In this document: positions 31,096-41,339 of the stretch, piece by piece
Numbering within the stretch: the stretch's first letter is position 1
How the letters are laid out: every line of letters begins with the position of its first letter
DNA from: Clostridia bacterium
GTDB lineage: Bacteria; Bacillota; Clostridia; JAAYHZ01
Reading direction: 5' to 3'
Assembly: GCA_050950825.1 (NCBI GenBank)
Contig: JBMNIH010000009.1
Span: forward strand, 192,001 to 256,000
Length of the DNA: 64,000 nt
Notes under the pieces: generated by a model
Told to the model about the DNA's origin: nothing
Seen by the model: only the letters and a program-made list of their open reading frames with translations
Databases searched by the model: none
Translations under genes and position numbers: made by a program

Positions 31096-32925
31096 ATGGC
31101 TAAAGTATTTGTAAACTTCAAAGATCAGCATTATACGTTGGAAACCGAGGAAAACAAGGTGCTTTTGGATTTATTGAGAGAAAATAAAATTGACATTCCG
31201 GCACCTTGCGGAGGCAAATCGCGATGCGGTAAATGTACTGTACAAGTGGTAGGCGGTCATGTCAGCGACATGACGGAGCATGAAAAAAACATATTGGGAA
31301 AAGAACGCACGGATGCAGGTTACAGGCTGTCTTGCATGACGAAGGTTCTCGGCGATTGCCGTGTTATTGTACCGGATTTTTCAAGCCAAGCTGCCATTAT
31401 GACGGATTTATCCGGTATAACCTTTACGGGAAACGGTATTGTGAATAAATTAACAATAGAATTGAATAAACCCAATGTTCACGACCAGGTATCGGATTTA
31501 GAGAGGATAAGTCAAAAGTGCAGTATAAAATTATTCGAAAACAATCCGGTCTTTTTAAACAAGCTGCCGAAGCTTTTGCGGCAGCAGGACTTTAAACCTA
31601 AAGCCGTATTTATCGAAGGCATGCTTGCCGATATTCCGGACAGCAACCGCAAGAAAGACTGTTTTGGTATCGCCGTTGATATCGGCACAACGACGGTCGC
31701 CGTTTACTTATATGATTTTGTAAGTAAAGCGCCTTTGGACCAAATGTCCTTCTTAAATCCTCAAAAAGCTTTCGGAGCCGATGTCATTTCCAGAATAGAC
31801 AGCTGTATTCAATCGGAAGAAAATTTAATAAGGCAGAAAAATTTGATAACGGACGGAATTAATCGGAGTATTGAGACCTTATGCAATAAAAACGGATTGG
31901 AAAAAGAAGATATTTATACGGTGTCCGTCGCGGGAAATACCACCATGATGCATTTGTTTATGGGAATATCTCCGGTCAATATCGCTTTTTCGCCGTTTAT
32001 ACCCGTAACAACGGCAATGCACCGATTAAAGCCTGCAGACGTAGGCATTGCTATCAACCCCAACGGCCTTGTATATGCGCTTCCTTGCATTTCCGGTTAC
32101 GTAGGAGCGGATACCGTCAGTGCCGTCTATGCGGTTGGCATGCATAAAAAGGATAAAGTATCCCTTTTGTGCGATATAGGGACAAACGGAGAGATCGTAT
32201 TGGGCAACCGCGATGGCTTGTATTCTTGTTCTACCGCAGCAGGTCCGGCTTTTGAAGGCGCGAATATCAAATGCGGTATCGGCGGTGTCAACGGTGCCAT
32301 TGACAAGGTGAAAATTAACGAAACGGTAGAGTATACCGTGATTGGTGGAAATAAAAAGCCTATCGGTATATGCGGATCCGGCGTGGTAGACGTAATTGCC
32401 GAAATGTTAGACAAGGGAATTATCGACTACACGGGTCGGATTGTAGACAAAGAAGAATTGGATGATTCGGTATCCGACGATATAAAGAATCGGATTATTA
32501 CATACAACGGAGACAATGCCTTTTTAGTCGAAACGGCTTCGAAAACCGGCACTTCGGAAGATATCATCATAACGCAAAAAGACGTAAGAGAGCTTCAAAA
32601 TGCAAAAGCCGCCATTGCTGCAGGTATATCGATTCTGACTAAAGAGTCAGGGTATTCCTATGACGATATCGACGTCTTTTATTTAGCCGGGGGCTTCGGT
32701 AACTATTTAAAAATCGCCAGTGCCTGCAAGATCGGTCTGATACCGAAAGAATTGGAAGGCAAAATTAAAGGAGCCGGTAATGCCGCCGGAGCGGGAGCCT
32801 TGCTGTTCCTGTCGTCCGAAGATTCCGTCAAAGAAACGAGTGAGATTAAAAATCTCACCCGTTACATTGAGCTTTCCACAAATCCCGATTTCAGCAATCA
32901 ATATATTGATTGTATGTTTTTCTAA
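31096..32925 (+). CDS. 2Fe-2S + ASKHA protein (RACo/DUF4445-like corrinoid reductive activator)
   Basis: PCGG..RCGKC...RLSC, AVDIGTTT, GADVISRI, AGNTTM, DIGTNGEI, STAAGPAFEG, GICGSG, LAGGFG. Confidence 0.92.
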   Translation: MAKVFVNFKDQHYTLETEENKVLLDLLRENKIDIPAPCGGKSRCGKCTVQVVGGHVSDMTEHEKNILGKERTDAGYRLSCMTKVLGDCRVIVPDFSSQAAIMTDLSGITFTGNGIVNKLTIELNKPNVHDQVSDLERISQKCSIKLFENNPVFLNKLPKLLRQQDFKPKAVFIEGMLADIPDSNRKKDCFGIAVDIGTTTVAVYLYDFVSKAPLDQMSFLNPQKAFGADVISRIDSCIQSEENLIRQKNLITDGINRSIETLCNKNGLEKEDIYTVSVAGNTTMMHLFMGISPVNIAFSPFIPVTTAMHRLKPADVGIAINPNGLVYALPCISGYVGADTVSAVYAVGMHKKDKVSLLCDIGTNGEIVLGNRDGLYSCSTAAGPAFEGANIKCGIGGVNGAIDKVKINETVEYTVIGGNKKPIGICGSGVVDVIAEMLDKGIIDYTGRIVDKEELDDSVSDDIKNRIITYNGDNAFLVETASKTGTSEDIIITQKDVRELQNAKAAIAAGISILTKESGYSYDDIDVFYLAGGFGNYLKIASACKIGLIPKELEGKIKGAGNAAGAGALLFLSSEDSVKETSEIKNLTRYIELSTNPDFSNQYIDCMFF

Positions 32926-32928
32926 GAA

Positions 32929-34008
32929 TCAATCTTCATCATTATTGATATCGCTGTTTTCAGGCTTCTTCGAATCCTCCGATTCGAAAGAAGCCTTTTC
33001 TTCGGATAACGGATTGCTTAAGGCCGCACGACGGAGCCGGTTGTTATCCAAGTGGGTATAAATCTCCGTGGTAGAAATGCTTTCGTGTCCTAAAATGCTC
33101 TGCAAGGTACGAATATCCACATGACCGTGCTTATACATCAAGGTTGCAGCCGTATGACGCAGCTTGTGAGTAGAATACCTTTCCGGATCCAAGCCCGCCA
33201 TTTTAATATACTTCTTCACCAAATACTGTACCGTCTTATTACTGATTCTTTGCCTTCTTTCGCTTAAAAACAAGGCGTCTTCATGGCCGGCCAGCGGGGT
33301 AGGCCTTACCTTCATATATTCTGCTATGGCATGAAGGCATGCTTGGTTTAAATAGATGACTCTTTCTTTGTTGCCTTTACCGATAATCGTCAACGTGTCG
33401 TTTCGGATTTTGGATATGTTAATATCTACCAGTTCCTGTAAACGCAATCCGCAGTTTAAAAATAACGTGATAATGGCGTAATCCCGAATCTCATGTTTGC
33501 CGTCAATGGAATTTAATAGGCTTTTGCTGTCTTTTAAGTCTAAATAACGCGGAAGGCGCTTCATGATTTTCGGCGATTCCAATTCGGTTGCAGGATTCGA
33601 TTTTAAAATACCGGCTTTCGTATGTAAGTATTTAAAAAAGGATCGTATGCTGGCAACTTTACGGGCTCGTGCCGAAGCATTGTTTTGCCGATATTTGCTT
33701 AAAAAAGACATGTAAGCATACAAATCGCTTAAAACGACGCTTTGCAGCAAATTTTCTTGAACGTCCGATATATCGATGGAATCGATTTTTTCGCGATCGT
33801 TTAAATCCGCAACTTTAACCAAACCTTTTTTAATCTTTAAAAACCTTAAAAACAATCGTAAATCGTAAAGATATTCTTTAACGGTTTGCGGAGATTTTCC
33901 GCGAATGGTTTCCATATAGATTAAAAAATCATCTAATATCGGCGGTATTGCGGTTTCGTTAAGCACCGGTTCCTGAGCGTTTGTTTTTGCAGTTTTGGCA
34001 TCTTCCAT
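32929..34008 (-). CDS. XerC/XerD-family tyrosine recombinase
   Basis: ARKVASIRSFF, RDYAI..LFL.CGLR..EL, GKGNKER, HKLRHTAAT, LGHESISTTEIYTH. Confidence 0.95.
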   Translation of the reverse strand: MEDAKTAKTNAQEPVLNETAIPPILDDFLIYMETIRGKSPQTVKEYLYDLRLFLRFLKIKKGLVKVADLNDREKIDSIDISDVQENLLQSVVLSDLYAYMSFLSKYRQNNASARARKVASIRSFFKYLHTKAGILKSNPATELESPKIMKRLPRYLDLKDSKSLLNSIDGKHEIRDYAIITLFLNCGLRLQELVDINISKIRNDTLTIIGKGNKERVIYLNQACLHAIAEYMKVRPTPLAGHEDALFLSERRQRISNKTVQYLVKKYIKMAGLDPERYSTHKLRHTAATLMYKHGHVDIRTLQSILGHESISTTEIYTHLDNNRLRRAALSNPLSEEKASFESEDSKKPENSDINNDED

Positions 34009-34080
34009 GCTTAAATTCTCCCCTCGATTATACAAAATATTTATTTTGTCTAATCGCATGTTAATTCAAAAAATTCCTCC

Positions 34081-34914
34081 CTAAGCCTGTTCGTTGAATT
34101 TTAAAACGCGATCGCGAATTTCACAAAAGTTGTTTTTATTTACGTATTCCAATATAAACGGTTTGCCTTCGGCATATCGATGATACAATCGTAAGAATTT
34201 CGGCCAATCGATTTCACCGTCACCGACAACACGACCTTTGGCATCGTTCACTTTACGATCTTTACCGTGTATGTATGCCAAAAAATCTTTTAAATAATGA
34301 AACATGTCTTCTTCGGAGCTGTTTGCGATTAAATTCGCGGGATCCAATAAAATCTTTACATTGTCTTCGGCTACTTGGTTTATAAAATCATGAGCTCTTT
34401 TGGCGCTCGGTACAATATCAATAACGGACGGCTCCAAAACCACCGATACGTTGTATTTTTTACCGATTTTCGCTAAAGTCCTAAAAGAATATAACAAGCG
34501 TTGAAAAGTCTCTTCAAAAGTATCCGCCCATAAACCTCGTTTGCCGGTAATAAATCCGCATTCGGTAGCTACATACGGGATTCCGTTATTTGAAGCGATT
34601 TGAATATGGCGTTCGAAATAATTGATATTTTCTTCCAATTCTTTATCATCCGGTTCAATTAAATTGGTAAACACGCCGATCACAGGTATTTCAATTCCTC
34701 GATCGGTGTATGTTTTTACCACTTCCTCCGCTTTTTCATCCGTGAGGGTTGATAAATCCGACCTCCCGTTATACACCCAATACTTGCTGTCTTTGCATGC
34801 GAAGCACAATTCGGTTACGAAAAATCCGTTGCTTTGCATCAATTCCGCAGCTTCCTTGTTCGTTAATTCCGGAAAAGACCTTGACACGACACCGACTTTC
34901 AGCATATCCGGCAC
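34081..34914 (-). CDS. Sugar phosphate isomerase/epimerase (xylose isomerase-like TIM barrel)
   Basis: VLEP, LLDPANL, IHGKD, VGDGEIDW, ILEY. Confidence 0.88.
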   Translation of the reverse strand: MPDMLKVGVVSRSFPELTNKEAAELMQSNGFFVTELCFACKDSKYWVYNGRSDLSTLTDEKAEEVVKTYTDRGIEIPVIGVFTNLIEPDDKELEENINYFERHIQIASNNGIPYVATECGFITGKRGLWADTFEETFQRLLYSFRTLAKIGKKYNVSVVLEPSVIDIVPSAKRAHDFINQVAEDNVKILLDPANLIANSSEEDMFHYLKDFLAYIHGKDRKVNDAKGRVVGDGEIDWPKFLRLYHRYAEGKPFILEYVNKNNFCEIRDRVLKFNEQA

Positions 34915-35101
34915 CTCGTTTTTTAAATTTTATGCAATATATCACATATATTTATATCACATTTTCCAAAACAAGTATATGTTTTTCCAAATAATCGTAC
35001 GAATCGTACAATTGTTCTGTTTCGATAAATAATAAATTGCGCAGGTTTCGTGGTTGTGCTATAATTTATGGATAGATAAATTAACGGGTCTGAGGTTGAT
35101 C

Positions 35102-36853
35102 ATGAGCAAAAAAAGCTTTCTATTCATACTTACTGTTTTGCTTTCCTTTTCTCTTACGGGATGTACCGTTGTAGGCGATATGGTCGATGCATACAAAAAG
35201 GCGTCTCGTAGCTTCTATTTTAATGACAATGTAGCCCCTACCCTACGCTATATCGATCAGGAAGACAAAGAAAAAAAGGAAGAAGAAGAATTGAATCCGG
35301 CAATGAAGCGCTATTTGGAAATAGGAAAAAACAAAACCTATTATCCGGCTGTTAACGTAAGCGGATTATCCATTGACAAGAATGCCGATTTGGGTCAATT
35401 TTCTTTCGATCATGATATCATTTATAAGGGCGAAAAAGTGAAGAACTATAAAAGGGATGAGAGCATCTCTTTTCCGAAAGCCCAAGATTATAGCTTTATT
35501 GAAGGAATTACGGCTTTTCGCGGAAATCACTACCGCAATACGGCTTCTTACGGTGTAGCGGATATAAAGTCGGGCAAATTGGAGCAGATTTGGGAAGTAA
35601 GCATCGGCTATATCGATACTTGGACCGGGGTCGGCTGGACCGGACAGCCTGTGATTGTTAAATGGCCGGAAAGTACAAAGCTTGCCATGAATCTGTATTC
35701 CGATAAAAAGATAAAAAGCGATTTAAAAGAAGTGATTTACGGAACATTGGACGGGAATATCTATTTTCTTGATTTGGAGGACGGTTCGAAAACCCGTGCT
35801 CCCATCAACACCGGCTTTCCCATAAAAGGGTCGGTATCCGTAGATCCGAGGGGCTATCCCCTGCTGTTTGCAGGCCAAGGCATCAACACCAACGCCAATG
35901 CCCAAAGCGATTGTAAATTAAGAATATTCAATTTATTGGACCAATCATTATTATTTGAGTTAAGCGGTAACGATCCTCACGCATACCGTGCTTGGAATGC
36001 TTTCGATTCGAACGCATTGATAGATGCAAAAACCGACACACTGATCCAAGCCGGAGAAAACGGGATCATATACACGGCCAAATTAAACAGCGAGTATGAC
36101 GAATCGGAAAGGAAGATTTCCATCAATCCGGAATTTTCTAATTATCGCTACAACTCTCCTTACGGAACCGGTTTAGGAGTTGAAAACTCCCCGGTAGTAT
36201 ACCGTAACCTTATTTACTTTGTCGATAACACCGGATTTTTGCAATGCGTGGATTTGAATACCCTCACCCCTGTCTGGGCATATAACGTTACGGATGACAC
36301 GGATAGCACCCTTGTCTTAGAAGAAATTTCGGATAACGAGGTATTCCTGTATACCGCTTGCGAAGTGGACTTGCAAAAAGACGGCGGCTCTGCGTACATA
36401 AGAAAGTTTAATGCATTGACCGGAAAGCTGCTTTGGGAAAAAAGCTTCAAATGCCATTATGATGCCAATGTCAACGGCGGTGTATTGGCAACTCCCGCCA
36501 TGGGCGAATATGCCGTAAGCCATTTGATCTTTTATAACATTGCGAAAACCGTCAATACACCGGGATACGGGCTTTTATGCGCCATGGACAAGAATACAGG
36601 CGATATAGTTTGGCAAGTTCCTCAGGACTTTTATTCTTGGAGTTCACCGGTATTGGTTTACGATCCGAAAGGAAAAGGTTATTTGGTAGCGTGCGATTCC
36701 GGAGGAAAAATGTCGCTATACGATGCACTGTCCGGCAAATTGTTGGATTCGATTTCTTTAGGATCCAATGTGGAAGGTTCTCCGGCCGTTTATGATAATA
36801 TGATTGTCATAGGAACCCGAGGTCAAAAGATTATCGGCGTCAAGATCAAATAA
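35102..36853 (+). CDS. PQQ-like beta-propeller lipoprotein (tandem paralog 1)
   Basis: Lipobox LTGC; FRGN.YRN, WTGVGWTGQP, repeated ..tG..lW blades, NVEGSPAVY. Confidence 0.85.
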   Translation: MSKKSFLFILTVLLSFSLTGCTVVGDMVDAYKKASRSFYFNDNVAPTLRYIDQEDKEKKEEEELNPAMKRYLEIGKNKTYYPAVNVSGLSIDKNADLGQFSFDHDIIYKGEKVKNYKRDESISFPKAQDYSFIEGITAFRGNHYRNTASYGVADIKSGKLEQIWEVSIGYIDTWTGVGWTGQPVIVKWPESTKLAMNLYSDKKIKSDLKEVIYGTLDGNIYFLDLEDGSKTRAPINTGFPIKGSVSVDPRGYPLLFAGQGINTNANAQSDCKLRIFNLLDQSLLFELSGNDPHAYRAWNAFDSNALIDAKTDTLIQAGENGIIYTAKLNSEYDESERKISINPEFSNYRYNSPYGTGLGVENSPVVYRNLIYFVDNTGFLQCVDLNTLTPVWAYNVTDDTDSTLVLEEISDNEVFLYTACEVDLQKDGGSAYIRKFNALTGKLLWEKSFKCHYDANVNGGVLATPAMGEYAVSHLIFYNIAKTVNTPGYGLLCAMDKNTGDIVWQVPQDFYSWSSPVLVYDPKGKGYLVACDSGGKMSLYDALSGKLLDSISLGSNVEGSPAVYDNMIVIGTRGQKIIGVKIK

Positions 36854-36883
36854 CGCTTGTACTCCGTTGAGAAAGGACTTTCA

Positions 36884-38608
36884 ATGAAAAAACTTATTCT
36901 GTTATGTGTGGTAATCCTTTTTTTAATACAGATTTCCTGTGCCCGGGTAGAATTTTTGGAACCCGACTCTAGTCTTCCGAAAGAAGATCGGTCCGGTTTC
37001 AAGTTTGTTTACGACCAAGAGCAATATCCTCCTCAAAAACCGAAAGAAGAGGATTCCTTCGGGCGGTATTTGGATTTATCCTTAATAAAAGTATATCCTG
37101 CCCCCGTTGACACGAGCAAATTAATCATCCATCCCTCTTCGGAGATTTCAAAACACAACGGTTATTCGTACAGTATCATACATAAGAATCAAACGGTTTC
37201 GTCATATAAAAGGGATTATGTCATTTCCTTCCCTTCCCCGCAGTATTACAATTCCGTCGAAGGGATCCTTTCTTTCCGCGGAAACAATTACCGAAACACA
37301 TCGGCATACGGTTTGGCGGATGTTAAGGAGAAAAAGCTGGAGATCGTTTGGGATAATTTCATCGGTTCTATCGATACGTGGACCGGTGTCGGATGGACAG
37401 GCCAGCCGGCATTGGTAAAATGGCCTGAAGAAACCAAAGCCGTCATGAATATCGACCCGGAGAAAAAAGCCGATAAGGATTTGGTGGAAGTCATTTATGC
37501 AACCATGGACGGAAATATCTATTTTTTGGATTTAAAGGACGGCAAAAATACTCGCCCTCCCATTAATACCGGCTTCCCCATCAAAGGATCCGTTGCCGTA
37601 GATCCGAGAGGCTATCCTTTGCTTTATTCCGGCCAAGGAGTAAACTCCAATAAAGGCGTTTATGCGGATTTTAAATTCAGAATATTCAGTCTTATCGATC
37701 AAAAACAGCTGTATACGATATCCGGAAACGATCCATACCAATACCGAGCTTGGGGTGCATTCGATTCTTGCGCTTTAATCGACGGGAATACGGACACGTT
37801 AATCCAAGCCGGAGAAAACGGAATCATCTATACGGCAAAACTGAATACGAAATACAATCCTTCGGAAAAAACCATATCCATCGATCCGGAGTTTACGAAT
37901 TATCGGTATAAAACGCCCTACGGTACCTTGGGCGTCGAAAATTCACCCGTAGGATACAAAAACCTATTGTATTTTACCGATAACTCCGGTCTTTTGCATT
38001 GCTTGGACTTAAACACCATGACACCCGTCTGGGCTCACTATGTCAATGACGATTCCGATGCCACCATGGTTCTTGAAGAATTGTCGGAAAACGAAGTCTA
38101 TATTTACACCGCTAACGAAATCGATCTTCAAGGTCCCGGCGGCTCCTCCTATATGCGAAAATTCAATGCATTAACCGGAGAAAAAATATGGGAGAAAAGC
38201 ATACAATGCTATTACGATAAGGATATAAACGGAGGAGCTTTGGCCTCCCCCGTCTTAGGCGAAATGAACCTTTCGGACTATATCTACTTTAACATAGCAA
38301 GAACATCCGAAAGCCCGTGGGGCGGGATTCTGTATTGCTTTGATAAAAAAACCGGAGATGTAGTCTGGGAAAAGACACTAGGCTATTATTGCTGGAGTTC
38401 TCCCGTCGCCGTATACGATTTCGATCAAAAAGGTTATTTGATTCTGTGCGATTCCGGCGGATATATGCATTTGATTGACGGAAAAACCGGCGAAACTCTC
38501 GACAAAATTGCTCTGAACGCAAACGTTGAAGCATCTCCTGCCGTTTATGAAAACATGGTGGTAGTCGGTACAAGAGGTCAGCAAATCTTCGGTGTCCGAA
38601 TTAAGTAA
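36884..38608 (+). CDS. PQQ-like beta-propeller lipoprotein (tandem paralog 2)
   Basis: Signal peptide ending ISC; long near-identical stretches with the preceding gene (e.g. INTGFPIKGSV.VDPRGYPLL, DTLIQAGENGIIYTAKLN). Confidence 0.85.
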   Translation: MKKLILLCVVILFLIQISCARVEFLEPDSSLPKEDRSGFKFVYDQEQYPPQKPKEEDSFGRYLDLSLIKVYPAPVDTSKLIIHPSSEISKHNGYSYSIIHKNQTVSSYKRDYVISFPSPQYYNSVEGILSFRGNNYRNTSAYGLADVKEKKLEIVWDNFIGSIDTWTGVGWTGQPALVKWPEETKAVMNIDPEKKADKDLVEVIYATMDGNIYFLDLKDGKNTRPPINTGFPIKGSVAVDPRGYPLLYSGQGVNSNKGVYADFKFRIFSLIDQKQLYTISGNDPYQYRAWGAFDSCALIDGNTDTLIQAGENGIIYTAKLNTKYNPSEKTISIDPEFTNYRYKTPYGTLGVENSPVGYKNLLYFTDNSGLLHCLDLNTMTPVWAHYVNDDSDATMVLEELSENEVYIYTANEIDLQGPGGSSYMRKFNALTGEKIWEKSIQCYYDKDINGGALASPVLGEMNLSDYIYFNIARTSESPWGGILYCFDKKTGDVVWEKTLGYYCWSSPVAVYDFDQKGYLILCDSGGYMHLIDGKTGETLDKIALNANVEASPAVYENMVVVGTRGQQIFGVRIK

Positions 38609-38612
38609 ATAA

Positions 38613-39134
38613 TTATTGCTTCTTTCTTAAACTTTGAATTTGCATCAAATTTCGAAACGGCGGATAAACCGCCAAAAGAATACAGAGATTTAATAAAATC
38701 GCCCCCGGATGAACCGTATCTTTTGATGTAAGGAACATAAAAATCTTAAATCCATACGGAATGATGATCGCAAGCCCGGTGATGATGCCGGGCGTCAGTT
38801 TTTTTAATTGAATGCTCGCAAGCAAATGGATGAACGTATGTAAAAACAAAAACACGGTTATCGCGGCAAGCATGTTGTATCTTCGAAGCTCTGCGGAATA
38901 CAAAGTAACAAGGGTTATGGCGGCAAACTCCACAAAAGCGGTAGCATAAAAATAGGATGAAGACATAACCGTAAAAAATCGCAGTCTTTTCATCCTTTTG
39001 CCGGGGAATTTTAGAACAATGTCTTCAAAAGGGTCCCTTGTATTGTCCTGTACCATGATCATCTCTTCGAAGCGATGCAGCATAAAAACTACCGGCAATA
39101 GCCACAACAATGTATATTCACTGATATAGACCAT
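38613..39134 (-). CDS. HXXEE-domain membrane protein
   Basis: LLPVVFMLHRFEE motif, several TM segments, H..IHL, TPG.ITG. Confidence 0.85.
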   Translation of the reverse strand: MVYISEYTLLWLLPVVFMLHRFEEMIMVQDNTRDPFEDIVLKFPGKRMKRLRFFTVMSSSYFYATAFVEFAAITLVTLYSAELRRYNMLAAITVFLFLHTFIHLLASIQLKKLTPGIITGLAIIIPYGFKIFMFLTSKDTVHPGAILLNLCILLAVYPPFRNLMQIQSLRKKQ

Positions 39135-39350
39135 ATTTGACTCCCTGACTTGTCTTCTTTTTAATACTATTCTTTTTATTTCAGAATATTCCAATCGAAA
39201 GTAATCCGTCTATTCACGGTATAAATGGAAATTATCGTAGAACTATAATATCTTGCCATGAATAATTGTATATTGGCAAGTTTCCGTATTAACGCTCCAT
39301 TTTACGTAATGTATAATGAATGGAAAATAGATCAAAGGAGGAGAGACCGA

Positions 39351-41190
39351 ATGAAAAGGCTTCTATGTTTATTATTGGTTTTGATGTTGGCCATTTCTGT
39401 TGTAGCTTGTTCAAAATCGGAAGGCGATTCTAAAGTTACCACGACACCGAAGTCGACGACCGCCCAAGGTACAACAACTACACAGGAACCGGAGAAAAAT
39501 CCTTTCGAAGAGTTTTTCGAAATAACTTGGTTTGTTCAGACAAATCAAACGTATACCGAAGAACGCTGGGACGAAAAGGAATTGGAAGAATTGTTTAACG
39601 TGGAAATCCACGTTTGGCCGGAAGACAGCGGCAACACGGAAAGAACATCCATGATGATTGCTGCCGGAGAAATCGCCGACTTTTTCTTCATGCCCGGTGC
39701 TCCGATGGACCCGTATGACATGTATGAAAACGGCTTAATTCGTTCCATTACTCTGCAGCAAATGCGTGACTGGATTCCGGGTTATGTTGCCGACCTGGAA
39801 AAAATCCCCGTAGGATTTTTGTATCACCTTGTGCCCGGTAAAACGGACGAATATATCGGATTTTCTCACGTCAATATCGGGAACTGTCAATATTTCTATG
39901 ACGCTGCTTGTATTAACTTGGATTGGCTGGAAGCCATCGGGTACGGTGTGGATACAAGCAACTTAAAATCCGCTTATTACGATCCGGAAGGCGAATTTGC
40001 ATATTTCAACAACAAGATCTATTTTGCTCATAATCTGTTTACGTTCGAAGAGCTCAACGACATTTTGAAGAAATTCACGGAAGAAGACCCGGACGGCAAC
40101 GGCGTTGACGATACATTCGGTATGCTGTATATGCCCGAAAGTTCTTCTACGAACTTTGTTCAAGAAGGGTTATTCGGATTCGTTGACGATGTAACCTACC
40201 TGTACAAGGATCCTGTCACCGGAGACATCGTGCCCAAATATGCTTACACCTACTACAAGGATTACTTGGCATGGGTATCCGATATGCTTCAGAAAGGATA
40301 TATGGTAAGACTGCCCGGCGAACGTAGCTGGTATGATGAATACCAAGAATTGACTCGTACTAACAAATACGGTATCATGGGCATCAACGGCGGCGGTTAC
40401 TATTCCTTGACCAGCGATTCCTATAGAGTATTGCCTCCTCAAAACATTATTCTCGATACGGACAAAACCGCTCGTTTCATCGTAGGTCCCCTGTTAAACG
40501 GTCCGAACGGAAGAGCCGGAAGCCGTACATACGGTCTTGACCCCTATAGCCCTGCAGGATCTTGGAGATTGCAAATGATCGGCGGTCAAGTGAGCGATCC
40601 GAAGCTGCAAAGAATTTGCGCGATCCTTCAATACACCACCTTCGACGGCAATGGAATCTACAAGAGCAGATACTATCGAGGAATTGAAGGCATCCACTAT
40701 ACTTGGGAAGGTGAACCCGAATGGAGCTTGATGAAGACCGTTCCTTTGGATCAACAACCGGCGGAATATAAATTCTTCGGCAATAAGCTATACATTCTTC
40801 TTGTGGAACTTCCCGTCCACAATTAAAGAAAGCGTAGAAAAAGCAAAGAGAACGGGACAATGGAGCTTTATGACCTACGTTCATGATAACAACCTGTTCC
40901 AATATTACGCCATCGATCCGTTAAAACAAACTTCGGAAGCTTACATGGGTAGAGCGTTGTGGAATGCGTACAGAGAAGACAAGAGCGAAGTGGATCCTCA
41001 GCTGAACCCCATTATCAACGACTTTAAGACTCGCGTACTTAACGGTGAAATTGCCAATATCAATACGGAATGGAACCAATACATTGATCAGCTTTATGCA
41101 AACGGGCTGCAAATGTTGATAGACAAATACTTCAACAATCCCGAATTTGTCGAGTACGATCCGGGTCAAAAATACACCATGGTCGAATAA
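39351..41190 (+). pseudogene. Solute-binding lipoprotein paralog 2 with one frameshift near 40780-40800
   Basis: ORF to 40826 plus ORF 40801-41190 together align end-to-end with 26215-28101. This is a single frameshift that may be real or a sequencing error. Confidence 0.8.
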
Positions 41191-41222
41191 TTGTTAAAAC
41201 CTTGAGATATTGAAAATCTCTT

Positions 41223-41265
41223 AAGAAGGTGTTGCTCGATTCTTACGAAGCAACACCTTCTTTTT
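41223..41265 (+). terminator. Intrinsic terminator
   Basis: AAGAAGGTGTTGCT...AGCAACACCTTCTTTTT. Confidence 0.85.
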
Positions 41266-41339
41266 CCTTCTAAGCATTGACACACCGGCAAATTCTTTGT
41301 ACGGTTAAATTAAAAGAACAAATAAGGCAGGTGTAACCA

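Noticed and set aside
32929-34059. Tyrosine recombinase as a prophage/ICE integrase
   Set aside because: It looks like a housekeeping XerC/D; there are no phage or conjugation genes, att repeats or compositional shift nearby.
39252-39280. CTTGCCA-N15-TGGCAAG inverted repeat upstream of SBP paralog 2
   Set aside because: The arms are only 7 bp and I saw no second instance; it could be an operator but is unsupported.
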